This document shows positions 17,509 to 27,062 of a stretch of DNA of 64,000 nt, in pieces. The position numbers and the translations under genes were made by a program. The notes below the pieces were generated by a model. That model saw only the letters and a list, made by a program, of their open reading frames with translations. It had not been told where the DNA came from and ran no database searches. This DNA comes from an uncultured bacterium (GTDB lineage: Bacteria > Edwardsbacteria > AC1 > EtOH8). The stretch's first letter is position 1; each line of letters starts with the position of its first letter. Where the stretch lies: the NCBI GenBank assembly GCA_937863685.1, contig CALMGM010000010.1:84158-148157 (forward strand). The letters are read 5' to 3'.

Positions 17509-18858
17509 TTGGACCGTTCCCAGGAACTGGGGCAGACCCCGGTAGGCAAACTACTGTTAAAATATTTCCTGCCGGCCATCATCGGCGTGCTGGCCAACAC
17601 CCTCTACAACATCGTGGACCGGATCTACATCGGGCGGGGGGTGGGGGCGCTGGCGCTGTCCGGCCTGTCGGTCACCTTCCCCATCATGATCATCGCCATG
17701 GCCTTCGGCATGCTGGTGGGCATGGGGGCGGCCTCGCTGGTATCAATCCGGCTGGGCCAGCAGAACAAACCGGAGGCCGAGAAGATCCTGGGCAACGCCT
17801 TCACTTTGCTGATCATCATCTCCCTGGGCATCACGGTGCTGGGGCTGATCTTCCGGGACACTATCCTCTCGATGTTCGGGGCCGGGCCGGACACTTTGGG
17901 CTACGCCAAGCAGTACATCACCATCATCCTGTGGGGAAATATATTCCAGGGGCTGGGCTTCGGCATGAACAACATGATCCGGGCCGAGGGCAACGCCAAG
18001 GTCGCCATGTACACCATGCTGATCGGGGCGGTGGCCAATTCCCTGCTGGACCCGCTGTTCATCTTCGTCTTCCACATGGGGGTGGCCGGGGCGGCGGTGG
18101 CCACGGTGATCTCCATGGCCATCACCAGCAGCTGGGTGCTGCTGCACTTCACCGGGAACAAAAGCGGACTGCGGCTTAAGACCGCCAACCTGCGGCTGGA
18201 AAAGAAAATAGTGCTGGGCATCTTCGCCATCGGGATGGCGCCCTTCGCCATGCAGCTGGCCGGCAGCGTCATCAACGCGTTGTTCAACATCCAGCTGATA
18301 AAATACGGCGGGGACCTGGCGGTGGGCGCCATGGGAATCATCAACAGCGTGGCCATGATGGTGGTGTTCTGCGTGATCGCCATCAACATGGCCTCCCAGC
18401 CCATCATCGGCTTCAACTACGGGGCCAAAAATTTCGGACGGGTCAAGCGCACCCTCAAGCTGGCCCTGATGGCCGGCACGGCCATCACCGTCAGCGGCTG
18501 GCTGGCGGTGGAGATATTCCCCCAGGCCATCATCTCGCTGTTCAACACCAGCGATCCCCGGCTGGCCGAGATAGGGGTCCGTGGCATACGGATACTGCTG
18601 TTCATGTTCCCGGTGGTGGGCTTCCAGGTGGTGGGGTCCAATTTCTTCCAGGCCATCGGCAAGGCCAAGATCTCCATGTTCCTCAATATGCTGCGCCAGG
18701 TGATCGTGCTGATCCCCATGGTGCTGATCCTGCCGCCGCTGCTGGGGATCGACGGGGTGTGGCTGTCCGGGCCGCTGGCGGACCTGACCGCCGCCTCCAT
18801 CACCGCGGTGATGATCCTGCGGGAGGTGAAAAAGCTGAACCAGAAAAGTGTTGCTTGA
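17509..18858 (+). CDS. MATE family multidrug/sodium efflux transporter
   Basis: 12-TM protein with MATE-typical N-terminus (…LLKYFLPAIIGVLANTLYNIVDRIYIGRGVG…) and internal duplication. Confidence 0.85.
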   Translation: MDRSQELGQTPVGKLLLKYFLPAIIGVLANTLYNIVDRIYIGRGVGALALSGLSVTFPIMIIAMAFGMLVGMGAASLVSIRLGQQNKPEAEKILGNAFTLLIIISLGITVLGLIFRDTILSMFGAGPDTLGYAKQYITIILWGNIFQGLGFGMNNMIRAEGNAKVAMYTMLIGAVANSLLDPLFIFVFHMGVAGAAVATVISMAITSSWVLLHFTGNKSGLRLKTANLRLEKKIVLGIFAIGMAPFAMQLAGSVINALFNIQLIKYGGDLAVGAMGIINSVAMMVVFCVIAINMASQPIIGFNYGAKNFGRVKRTLKLALMAGTAITVSGWLAVEIFPQAIISLFNTSDPRLAEIGVRGIRILLFMFPVVGFQVVGSNFFQAIGKAKISMFLNMLRQVIVLIPMVLILPPLLGIDGVWLSGPLADLTAASITAVMILREVKKLNQKSVA

Positions 18859-19091
18859 AATTGGACGCAGATACACGCAGATTGAACGGATTCCTTTTAA
18901 AATGAATAGATTATATCAGCGTTGATCGGTATCCGATTCGGTTGCGTACAATGAAAAGGCTGAGCAGGAAAATTCGTTAAAATATAGTTTGATTTTAGAA
19001 ATTACATCAACTATAATTAGCATAGCTAATAGGGTCATTATTTAATTAGATAGTGACCTTTATTGTTTCATGATTATAAGGGAGAAAGGGA

Positions 19092-20459
19092 ATGAAAAAT
19101 ATCAAAGTAGTAGTGTTTTTTATCATAATTGCATCAGCAATTACATCATATTCGGCTGCACCTAGCATCGAATGGTCCCGGCAGTACAATATTTCAGAAA
19201 CATCACAGCATGATGCTTATGCCTGCGCAATAGATACTTTGGGTAATATCTATGTGGTAGGCAAGGTACAAGAACAGGTTGGCACTAATGATAATATTTT
19301 AGTGTTGAAATATAACTCAAGCGGAGATACCCTTTGGCATTGGTACTATGATAGCGGCAATTATGATGCAGCAAATGATTGCGTTATCAATAATATGCAA
19401 CAACTATATGTTGCTGGATCAATAAATAATAAGGCTGCTTTATTAAAATTCGATCAAAATGGAGATACGCTTTGGACCAGAGTTATCAATGATCCTAAAT
19501 ATAATGGTAAAAGTTGCGCTTTGGACGAAGCGAACAATATTTATCTTGCAGGTGATTACGATAACGGAACAACACTAATTCCGTTTATTAAAAAATTCTC
19601 GCCCCAGGGTGATTCTTTATGGCTTAAAACAATTTTATTAGAAACATATACTTTTGATTATTATATGACCGCAGATTGCGTTCTGGATAGCAATATGAAC
19701 ATTTATTTTACGGGATCTACAAGCACTCACGGTAGTTTTTTGGCAAAGTGCAACAATTTAGGGGATACCTTATGGACCCGGTTTCGCAATATTGCCGATA
19801 CTGTTAATGAGGCTGGCCAAGAATGTCATATTGATTCAGAAGGTAATATTTATGTATCGGGTGAATATTTTTATCCAGGTTCACCATCTCCTCCATATTT
19901 GGCAATGAAATACGATTCAGAAGGTAATATAATTTGGAATAATATGCAGTCTAATATGAATATAAGCATGGTGTTAGGACATAAAAGTGCATTAGATGAC
20001 CAGGGAAATTTATACGTTACCGGTCAGTCTGCGATGATCAAATACAACAGCCAGGGTGATACTGTTTGGTCGTTTTGGATCGGTTCTGGTGCATCAGGAT
20101 ATGATTGCGAATTGGCCCCTTCTGGGGAGCTTGTGCTCTGTGGGAAAATAAACGATAATGGAATTGACTATTTTCTTATCAATAAATATCAGGCAGAAAC
20201 CGGGGTTGCGGGTGATAAGCCAAAAGAATTATCAGTGGTTGACCAAAGCTCATACCTTGCATACCCAAATCCCTTCAAATCATATGCCAAGGTAAAGGGC
20301 TTGGAAGAACAGGAATTATTTGTTTACAATATATTGGGGCAGAAAGTCCAGGCATGCAAGGGATCCAAAATTGGGGAAAAATTGGCGCCGGGGATATATT
20401 TTGCCATAAAGGCAAAACTGCCGCAAATAAAGCCAGTCAAGCTGATCAAGATAAAATAA
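19092..20459 (+). CDS. secreted beta-propeller-repeat protein with type-IX-secretion-like C-terminal sorting domain (AT-rich gene)
   Basis: Signal peptide; repeated GNIYV.G…KY…GD.LW units (SBBP/PQQ-like); C-terminus …LAYPNPFKSYAKVKG…VYNILGQKV…LAPGIYF…KLIKIK matches the Por/T9SS CTD pattern. Confidence 0.55.
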   Translation: MKNIKVVVFFIIIASAITSYSAAPSIEWSRQYNISETSQHDAYACAIDTLGNIYVVGKVQEQVGTNDNILVLKYNSSGDTLWHWYYDSGNYDAANDCVINNMQQLYVAGSINNKAALLKFDQNGDTLWTRVINDPKYNGKSCALDEANNIYLAGDYDNGTTLIPFIKKFSPQGDSLWLKTILLETYTFDYYMTADCVLDSNMNIYFTGSTSTHGSFLAKCNNLGDTLWTRFRNIADTVNEAGQECHIDSEGNIYVSGEYFYPGSPSPPYLAMKYDSEGNIIWNNMQSNMNISMVLGHKSALDDQGNLYVTGQSAMIKYNSQGDTVWSFWIGSGASGYDCELAPSGELVLCGKINDNGIDYFLINKYQAETGVAGDKPKELSVVDQSSYLAYPNPFKSYAKVKGLEEQELFVYNILGQKVQACKGSKIGEKLAPGIYFAIKAKLPQIKPVKLIKIK

Positions 20460-20475
20460 TTCAAAGGATATAATA

Positions 20476-21465
20476 GTGAAGAGTGCGATCGGATTTATAA
20501 TAACAATCCTTTTCTTTAATATTGCTTTAGCCAGTGACGTGCGCATAAAAGGATTGGGGGGCAGCACCAACATCGAAGATTTAGAAAACGATATCTATGA
20601 TAATCCGGCATTAATGTCAGGCATGCAATATGATTTTGCGGCTTTGGGTTTCAGCAACAGTTTAACCATCAACGAGACTTTCTATGTTCTTGACAGCACA
20701 TACCAGTATTATAAAACTTCCAGAAATTCACCAACGATAGATATCAAGGCTGGTTTGAATGACAGAAAGACAACGAATATTGCAATAAGTTATACCGAAA
20801 ATATCAACATTAATGATTCCTCAAGAATCAACTATGGAATCATCAATCTTGGATTGGCACAAAAGGCAGGCAGGTTCGGCTACGGTTTCGGTTATGACCG
20901 ATCATTCAATGTTAATAATAGTTGGTATGGTGTCAAAGCCGGGATATCAAACATGGACAGCCTGAATAACCTGGCGTTTCTCGTAAATTATTATAAAAGA
21001 AATTATGGGGAGACCTATCTTATAGAATTGAAATGGCGTTCCATTCGCAGCAAAAACAGGACCCTTTGTTTAAAAGGCGGGTTGAGCCAGCCTTTAGGAC
21101 ATCGCGGGAATTATTTCCGTCTGGGGGTTGGTATGGTCTATTATCTAAGGCTATTAAGAACCAGAATAATATTTGATATTTACGAAGGTATTGATCTGGA
21201 TATGAGCGAATATATTTCGCTTATTGGTGACGGGCATTTGGCATTAGAGACATATATATTATCCCCATGGACGGTACGTTGTGGAACGGATGGACCAGTG
21301 CTGGATCTTGGCACAACAATTAAAATCAACGAAAAAATAAAAATCGAATATTCATTTGAAACGGAAAACCACACAACTTATAAACGGGTAGATACTCTTT
21401 ACCTTAATAATAGAACCGAATCAAAAACCCAATGCCATTACCTAAAAGCAATATACGCATTCTAA
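20476..21465 (+). CDS. putative outer-membrane beta-barrel protein (AT-rich gene)
   Basis: Signal peptide (…NIALA), amphipathic strand-like segments, C-terminal …KAIYAF aromatic terminus typical of OMPs; adjacent to the CTD cargo gene. Confidence 0.4.
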   Translation: MKSAIGFIITILFFNIALASDVRIKGLGGSTNIEDLENDIYDNPALMSGMQYDFAALGFSNSLTINETFYVLDSTYQYYKTSRNSPTIDIKAGLNDRKTTNIAISYTENININDSSRINYGIINLGLAQKAGRFGYGFGYDRSFNVNNSWYGVKAGISNMDSLNNLAFLVNYYKRNYGETYLIELKWRSIRSKNRTLCLKGGLSQPLGHRGNYFRLGVGMVYYLRLLRTRIIFDIYEGIDLDMSEYISLIGDGHLALETYILSPWTVRCGTDGPVLDLGTTIKINEKIKIEYSFETENHTTYKRVDTLYLNNRTESKTQCHYLKAIYAF

Positions 21466-21701
21466 AAAGATATTCTAATACTGGATCGATAATATCAACG
21501 TTCATCAGCGTCCTATGGAAAGTTTTGACCGGCAAGAGCAGTACTTTACAACGGATCTGATTTATCGTATAATCTTATAATGATTGTTGCCAAGACCCCC
21601 CATCAAAAAGGGGCCTTGGCCTTTCGGCGTTTCGGGTTTGAAGGTTTTTCAAGTCTTCTGAGTATAGACTGGGTAATAATTGTTATCACTAAGCCCCCGT
21701 G

Positions 21702-21738
21702 TTACTTTCTTGTGACCAAGAAAGTAACCAAAGAAGTC
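21702..21738. repeat. conserved hairpin element TTACTTTCTTGTGACCAAGAAAGTAACCAAAGAAGTC (copy 1)
   Basis: 11-bp stem TTACTTTCTTG/CAAGAAAGTAA around GTGACC; near-identical copy at 61422-61463. Confidence 0.6.
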
Positions 21739-21871
21739 TTTACCGCCCAGTTCCGCGGATGGTCAGGCCTACGCCCCGGCACTCATTGAACCAGAACAAG
21801 CAGGATGTTCATGACACAATGATTGCTTTTTCGGGGCTGATGCATAGCCGCTACACTGAAGGCGGGGTCCG

Positions 21872-21945
21872 ACCTAACCCCTGCCCCTTCCCCGCAGGGG
21901 AAGGGAAGATTGCTTCCCCCTCCTTGCGGGAGGGGGAACGAGGGG
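21872..21945. repeat. nested GC-rich hairpin repeat (relative of 15465-15533)
   Basis: CCTAACCCC…CCCCTTCCCCgcaGGGGAAGGG…CCCCCTCCttgcgGGAGGGGG read directly; produces a spurious ORF (21699-22061). Confidence 0.55.
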
Positions 21946-22077
21946 GCGGTCGGGTCGCGTCAGCGACAGTTCTTCCTTCGCCGGTCTTATATATCACAAC
22001 TCAGGACATGCTTTGTAGCTTTCTCTTCAAAGAGAAAGCGGAGAAAATAAGACAAAAATAATTTAACAAAACAGAAT

Positions 22078-25000
22078 ATGATCTGGGATAAATTTTCAAA
22101 AGCGGTCTACCAAAGCCCGTCATTCGACAAGCTTTTTAAGCTGTATGACTCTGATCAAAAGTTGTTCGGCCTGACCGGGCCCTGCGAGGCCGGCAAGTCG
22201 GTGGTGGTCTCCGGGCTGCACGCCAAAAAGCCCCGGACCCTGCTGTGGATCACCCCCGGCGACGAGGAGGCCGAGCGGCAGCGGGACAACCTCTCCGTCC
22301 TGCTGGGGCCGGATAGCATCAAATGGTGGGCGGCCTGGGACATCCTGCCGGGCGATGATAAGGAGCCGGACGTGGAGCTGGTGGGCAGCCGGATGGAATG
22401 CCTGCAGGCCCTATCGTCCAAACAGCCGGCGGTGATCCTGGCCTCGGCCAGAAGCGTCATCCAGCGCACCATCAACCCGGCCGAATTCGGCCAGCGGAGG
22501 ATCGATCTGGCCATAGGCATGAAACTGGACCGGGAGGAACTGCTGGCCAGACTGATAGATTCCGGCTATGAGCGCCAGCCGGTGGTATCGGGCATCGGGG
22601 ACATCAGCCTGCGGGGCTCCATCATCGACATTGCCAGCTTCAGCGACGACGGTCCGGTGCGCTTGGAGCTTGATGACGACATCCTGGTCTCGCTGCGCCG
22701 CTTCAGTCTGGTGGATCAGCGCTCCACCGCCCGGCTGGAAATGGTCACCATCCTGCCCCGGATGGAGACATCCGAAAGAACGGCATTGTTGCTGGAGCAC
22801 CTGCCGGAGAATTGTCTGGTGATCATGGACGAGCCGGGCGAGATCTCCTCCGAATGGGCCGAGCTGTCCGAGGAATATCAGGATATGGTCAATGATAACA
22901 GATTCGCCTCCGGTGAGCAGTTTCGGCGGGGGCTGGCAAATTTCAGCCGCCTGCTGGTGACCTCCGGGGCCGGCTTCGGGATGTCCGAGGAGAGATCGCC
23001 CGAGGAGATCGTCCGTGTCGGCATCCAGCCGGTGGAGCCGTTCATGTCCAACCTGGATCTGCTGGCTGCCAGGATCGAAAAACTGCACCAGGACAACTTT
23101 CAGATATTTCTGCTGTGCGACAACCCGGGACAGCAGGAGCGCCTGAATGAGATCATCGACGGCCAAAGCAGGGCGCGGGTCAGCCAGATCACCGTAGCCG
23201 GGCTGCACAGCGGCTTCATTTTCCCCGAGGCCTATTTATGCGCCGTCACCGAGCGGGAGATCTTTGCCAGGGAGAAACGGAGAAGGGCCAGGCGGTTCTT
23301 CAAGGGGGGCGGGGCCATCCGCAGTCTGGAGGCCCTCAAGAAGGGCGATTTCATGGTGCACGTGGACCACGGCATCTGCCAGTACCAGGGCCTGAGCAAT
23401 CTTAACATCGAAGGACGGCAGACCGAATGCCTGCTGCTGATCTTCCGGGACGGCGACAAGCTGTACCTGCCGGTGGACCAGCTGAAGCGGGTCCAGAAAT
23501 ACTCGGCCGAGGAGGGTCAGCATCCCGGCCTATCCAAGCTGGGCTCGGCGGCCTGGGAGGAGACCAAGGCCCGGGCCAAGCGCTCGGCCCGGGACATGGC
23601 CAAGGAGCTGCTGGCCCTGTATGCGGTGCGCAAATCCCAGCCGGGGATAAGATTCTCGCCCGACACCCTGTGGCAGAAGGAACTGGAGGCTTCCTTCGTC
23701 TACCAGGAGACAGCCGACCAGTTAAAGGCCATCGAGGAGATCAAGGCCGACATGGAAAGCGACAAGCCCATGGACCGCCTGCTGTGCGGCGACGTGGGCT
23801 ACGGCAAGACCGAGGTGGCCATCCGGGCGGCCTTCAAGGCGGTGATGGACGGCCGCCAGGCGGCGGTGCTGGTGCCCACCACGGTGCTGGCCGAACAGCA
23901 CTACCAGACCTTCAGGGAGCGGCTGGCCGATTATCCCGTCAAGGTGGAGATGCTGTCCCGTTTCCGCAAGCACGGCGACCAGAAGATCGTCATCAAGGCC
24001 ATAGCCGCCGGCGAGGTGGATATCGTCATCGGCACCCACCGCCTGATCCAGAAGGACGTCGAATTCAAGAAGCTGGGCCTGCTGGTGGTGGACGAGGAGC
24101 AGCGCTTCGGGGTGGCCCACAAGGAGAAGCTCAAACAATTGTTCAAAGCGGTGGACGTGCTGACCATGACCGCCACCCCCATTCCCCGCACCCTGCACAT
24201 GTCACTACTGGGGGCCCGGGACATCTCCAACATCGAGACCCCGCCCAAGGACCGCCTGGCGGTGATCACCGAAGTATCATTATGGAACGCCGCCCGGATC
24301 AAAGAGGCCATCCTGCGGGAGGTGGACCGCGGCGGGCAGGTGTTCTTTCTGCACAACCGGGTGCAGTCCATCGCCGCCATGACCGCCTACATCGCCAGCC
24401 TGGTGCCGGGAACCGAGGTGACCTTCGCCCACGGGCAGATGGAGGAGCGGGAGCTGGAGCGGGTGATGCTGGCCTTCACCGCCAAGCGCTACGACGTGCT
24501 GGTGGCCACCACCATCATCGAATCGGGCCTGGACATGCCCAACGTCAACACCATCATCATCAACCGGGCCGACAAGTTCGGGCTGGCCCAGCTGTACCAG
24601 TTGCGGGGGCGGGTGGGGCGCTCCAACAAGCGGGCCTTCGCCCACCTGATCATCCCCAAGGGGGGGCGGATCAACGAGACGGCCCGCAAGCGGCTGAGGG
24701 TGATCGAGGAGCTCTCCGAGCTGGGCTCCGGGTTCCAGCTGGCCCTGCGGGACCTGGAGATCAGGGGGGCTGGCAATCTTCTGGGGCGGGAGCAGCACGG
24801 CAACATGATCGCGGTGGGATTCGAACTCTACTGCCAGCTGCTGGATGAGGCGGTCCGGGAGCTGAAAGGGCTGCCGGCCGTGCCCCAGATCGACGTCAAG
24901 CTGGAGATCCCCGGGAGGGCCCTGATCCCGCAGGATTATGTGGAGGATCCCAACGAGAGGATCAACCTCTACCGCCAGCTGAACAAGGCCGGCGACATGG

Positions 25001-25323
25001 AGAAACTGGACAGGATCCGCGAGGAGATGTCCGACCGTTTCGGCCCGCCGCCGGAGGAGGTGGGGCATCTGCTGGATGCAGCCCGGCTCAGGCTGGGAGC
25101 GGCCAGCCTGGGGGCGGTCCGGATCAAATGGGAGGGGGCCCGGCTGGAATTGTGGTGGCCGGAGGACCGGAATCCGTCCCGGGAGAAGCTGAAGAAGCTG
25201 GTTCGGACCATCCGCCAGCCCCTGGAATTTATCGCCGCCAAGAGCTTCTGCGCCAGGATAGCGCTGGGCAGCCGGCCGGATATTGCGGCCGTTTCCGGGG
25301 AACTGTTTGCCGCCGGGAATTGA
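22078..25323 (+). CDS. mfd: transcription-repair coupling factor
   Basis: 1081-aa protein with UvrB-homology N-terminus, CarD/RNAP-interacting domain, and superfamily-2 helicase motifs (GDVGYGKTEVA, DEEQRFGV, TATPIPRT). Confidence 0.9.
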   Translation: MIWDKFSKAVYQSPSFDKLFKLYDSDQKLFGLTGPCEAGKSVVVSGLHAKKPRTLLWITPGDEEAERQRDNLSVLLGPDSIKWWAAWDILPGDDKEPDVELVGSRMECLQALSSKQPAVILASARSVIQRTINPAEFGQRRIDLAIGMKLDREELLARLIDSGYERQPVVSGIGDISLRGSIIDIASFSDDGPVRLELDDDILVSLRRFSLVDQRSTARLEMVTILPRMETSERTALLLEHLPENCLVIMDEPGEISSEWAELSEEYQDMVNDNRFASGEQFRRGLANFSRLLVTSGAGFGMSEERSPEEIVRVGIQPVEPFMSNLDLLAARIEKLHQDNFQIFLLCDNPGQQERLNEIIDGQSRARVSQITVAGLHSGFIFPEAYLCAVTEREIFAREKRRRARRFFKGGGAIRSLEALKKGDFMVHVDHGICQYQGLSNLNIEGRQTECLLLIFRDGDKLYLPVDQLKRVQKYSAEEGQHPGLSKLGSAAWEETKARAKRSARDMAKELLALYAVRKSQPGIRFSPDTLWQKELEASFVYQETADQLKAIEEIKADMESDKPMDRLLCGDVGYGKTEVAIRAAFKAVMDGRQAAVLVPTTVLAEQHYQTFRERLADYPVKVEMLSRFRKHGDQKIVIKAIAAGEVDIVIGTHRLIQKDVEFKKLGLLVVDEEQRFGVAHKEKLKQLFKAVDVLTMTATPIPRTLHMSLLGARDISNIETPPKDRLAVITEVSLWNAARIKEAILREVDRGGQVFFLHNRVQSIAAMTAYIASLVPGTEVTFAHGQMEERELERVMLAFTAKRYDVLVATTIIESGLDMPNVNTIIINRADKFGLAQLYQLRGRVGRSNKRAFAHLIIPKGGRINETARKRLRVIEELSELGSGFQLALRDLEIRGAGNLLGREQHGNMIAVGFELYCQLLDEAVRELKGLPAVPQIDVKLEIPGRALIPQDYVEDPNERINLYRQLNKAGDMEKLDRIREEMSDRFGPPPEEVGHLLDAARLRLGAASLGAVRIKWEGARLELWWPEDRNPSREKLKKLVRTIRQPLEFIAAKSFCARIALGSRPDIAAVSGELFAAGN

Positions 25324-25358
25324 ATGATTTCATCATCCCCGCTTCCGGCCATCGGGGG

Positions 25359-25387
25359 TTGACAAAGCGGGATTTAATGGCTATATT
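25359..25387 (+). promoter_or_regulatory. candidate promoter TTGACA-17-TATATT upstream of mcsA
   Basis: Hexamers read directly; no CtsR box (GGTCAAA-N3-GGTCAAA) or CIRCE element seen in this region. Confidence 0.4.
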
Positions 25388-25441
25388 TATCATATAAAAA
25401 GCAAAATAATCCGTTGTTTAATAATTGTTTAAGGCTGATAA

Positions 25442-25951
25442 ATGATCTGCGATCTGTGCAAGAAGAACCAGGCGGTGATGCGCTACACCGAGGTGCGGGA
25501 CAGCCGTAACACCGAATACAACCTGTGCCGGGAGTGCGCCGAGCTCAAGGGCCTGGCCAAGAGCCTGAACCTGGCCCTGTCGTCCCTGGGCGATATGCTG
25601 GCCGGGATGATCCGCGACATCGTCACCGAGCAGGAAGATGAAAAGACGGTCAGCTGTCCCAAATGCGGGCTGGCCCTGACCGATTTTAAAAAACTGGGCC
25701 GGCTGGGATGCCCCCAGTGCTACCAGGTGTTCAATGCCAGTCTCAAACCGCTGGTCAGGCAGATACACGGGACCAACGACCACCTGGGCAAGACCGCTCC
25801 GGCCTCACATGATATCTCGGCATTCCCGTCCGAAAACATGGTCGACCGGCTTAAACAGGAACTGCAGGCCGCGGTGCTCAAAGAGGAATACGAGAGGGCC
25901 GCCTCCCTGCGGGACCAGATCCGGCAATTGGAGACCAGTGAAACCAAATGA
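25442..25951 (+). CDS. mcsA: McsA, activator of protein-arginine kinase McsB (zinc-finger + UVR domain)
   Basis: MICDLCKKNQA… with CxxC pairs (CDLC…CREC; CPKC…CPQC) and a C-terminal UVR-like coiled coil (AASLRDQIRQLE); overlaps the mcsB start. Confidence 0.8.
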   Translation: MICDLCKKNQAVMRYTEVRDSRNTEYNLCRECAELKGLAKSLNLALSSLGDMLAGMIRDIVTEQEDEKTVSCPKCGLALTDFKKLGRLGCPQCYQVFNASLKPLVRQIHGTNDHLGKTAPASHDISAFPSENMVDRLKQELQAAVLKEEYERAASLRDQIRQLETSETK

Positions 25952-27018
25952 ACCTTCCCGACAACGGCATACAGGGCCTGATCGGCCAGGAGGCCGGATG
26001 GCTTAAGGCGCCGGGCAGCGATCCCGGTATGGTGATATCCAGCCGGGTCAGGCTGGCCCGCAACCTGGCGGAGCATCTTTTCCCGGACCGGTCAGAAAAA
26101 GATGAGCGCAGCCTGGTCCGGGCCCAGGTCAGGCAGGCGGCCGGCTCGGTGAACTATTTCGGCGATGCGGCCTTCTTCGATCTGGATGTGCTGACCAGGC
26201 TCGACAAGACCGCCCTGCTGGAGCGCCGGCTGATCAGCTCCGACCTGATGGAAAAAAACAACGGGGCCGGTCTGATGGTGGGAAGAAACCAGTCGCTGGA
26301 CCTGATGATCAACGAGGAGGACCACATCCGGATGCAGAGCCTGCTGCCCGGCCTGGACCTGATCGAGGCCTTCAGGATCGTGGACCAGGTGGACGACCAG
26401 CTGCAGCAGAAACTGGAGATGGCCTATTCACCGGAGTGGGGTTTTTTGACCTGCTGTCCCAGCAATCTGGGTACCGGCTTAAGGGCCTCGCTGCTGATCC
26501 ACCTGCCGGGCCTGGTGCGGGCCAAGAGGATCGAAAAACTGCTGTCCGAGCTGGAGGGCCAGGGGATACTGGTGCGGGGTTTCCAAGGCGAGGGCAGCGA
26601 TGCGGCCGGTGACATCTTCCAGATCTCCAACCGGGCCACCCTGGGCCGGAGCGAGCTGGAGATAATTGAGAATGTGGAGCGGGTGGGGCGCAGCCTGATG
26701 GAGCAGGAGCTGGAGACCCGCCGTCATATCATGGACCACGCCCGGCGCCAGACCGAGGATAACATCTGGAGGGCCTACGGCATCCTGTCCAACGCCCGGA
26801 TGCTATCCGCCCAGGAGTTCCTGGAACTGTCGTCCTCCCTGAGGTTGGGGATATTCCTGGAGGTATTCCCCCGGCCGGGGCTGAACATCCTCAATCAGCT
26901 GCTGGTCAACACCCAGCCGGCCCACCTGCAGATCATGCTGGATTCCGAGATGGATGCCCCGGGCCGGGACTGGGAAAGGGCCCGTCTGGTCAGGGATATC
27001 ATGGCGGATTTCTTTTAA
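25948..27018 (+). CDS. mcsB: protein-arginine kinase McsB (phosphagen/ATP:guanido phosphotransferase family)
   Basis: Phosphagen-kinase active-site motif CPSNLGTGLRAS; EEDHIRMQSL segment; length 356 aa. Confidence 0.85.
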   Translation: MNLPDNGIQGLIGQEAGWLKAPGSDPGMVISSRVRLARNLAEHLFPDRSEKDERSLVRAQVRQAAGSVNYFGDAAFFDLDVLTRLDKTALLERRLISSDLMEKNNGAGLMVGRNQSLDLMINEEDHIRMQSLLPGLDLIEAFRIVDQVDDQLQQKLEMAYSPEWGFLTCCPSNLGTGLRASLLIHLPGLVRAKRIEKLLSELEGQGILVRGFQGEGSDAAGDIFQISNRATLGRSELEIIENVERVGRSLMEQELETRRHIMDHARRQTEDNIWRAYGILSNARMLSAQEFLELSSSLRLGIFLEVFPRPGLNILNQLLVNTQPAHLQIMLDSEMDAPGRDWERARLVRDIMADFF

Positions 27019-27062
27019 ACTTTCAGGACCCCAAAACAGTCAAATAGCAATGAGCGATTTTT

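Noticed and set aside
21699-22061. 120-codon ORF (plus overlapping 21580-21789 ORF)
   Set aside because: It lies entirely within GC-rich nested-hairpin repeats and repeat elements. The translation is low-complexity (…GEGKIASPSLREGERGGGRVASA…), with no RBS or domain.
25324-25441. CtsR operator or CIRCE element upstream of mcsA
   Set aside because: No GGTCAAA-N3-GGTCAAA direct repeat and no TTAGCACTC-N9-GAGTGCTAA inverted repeat is present. Only a sigma70-like promoter is visible.
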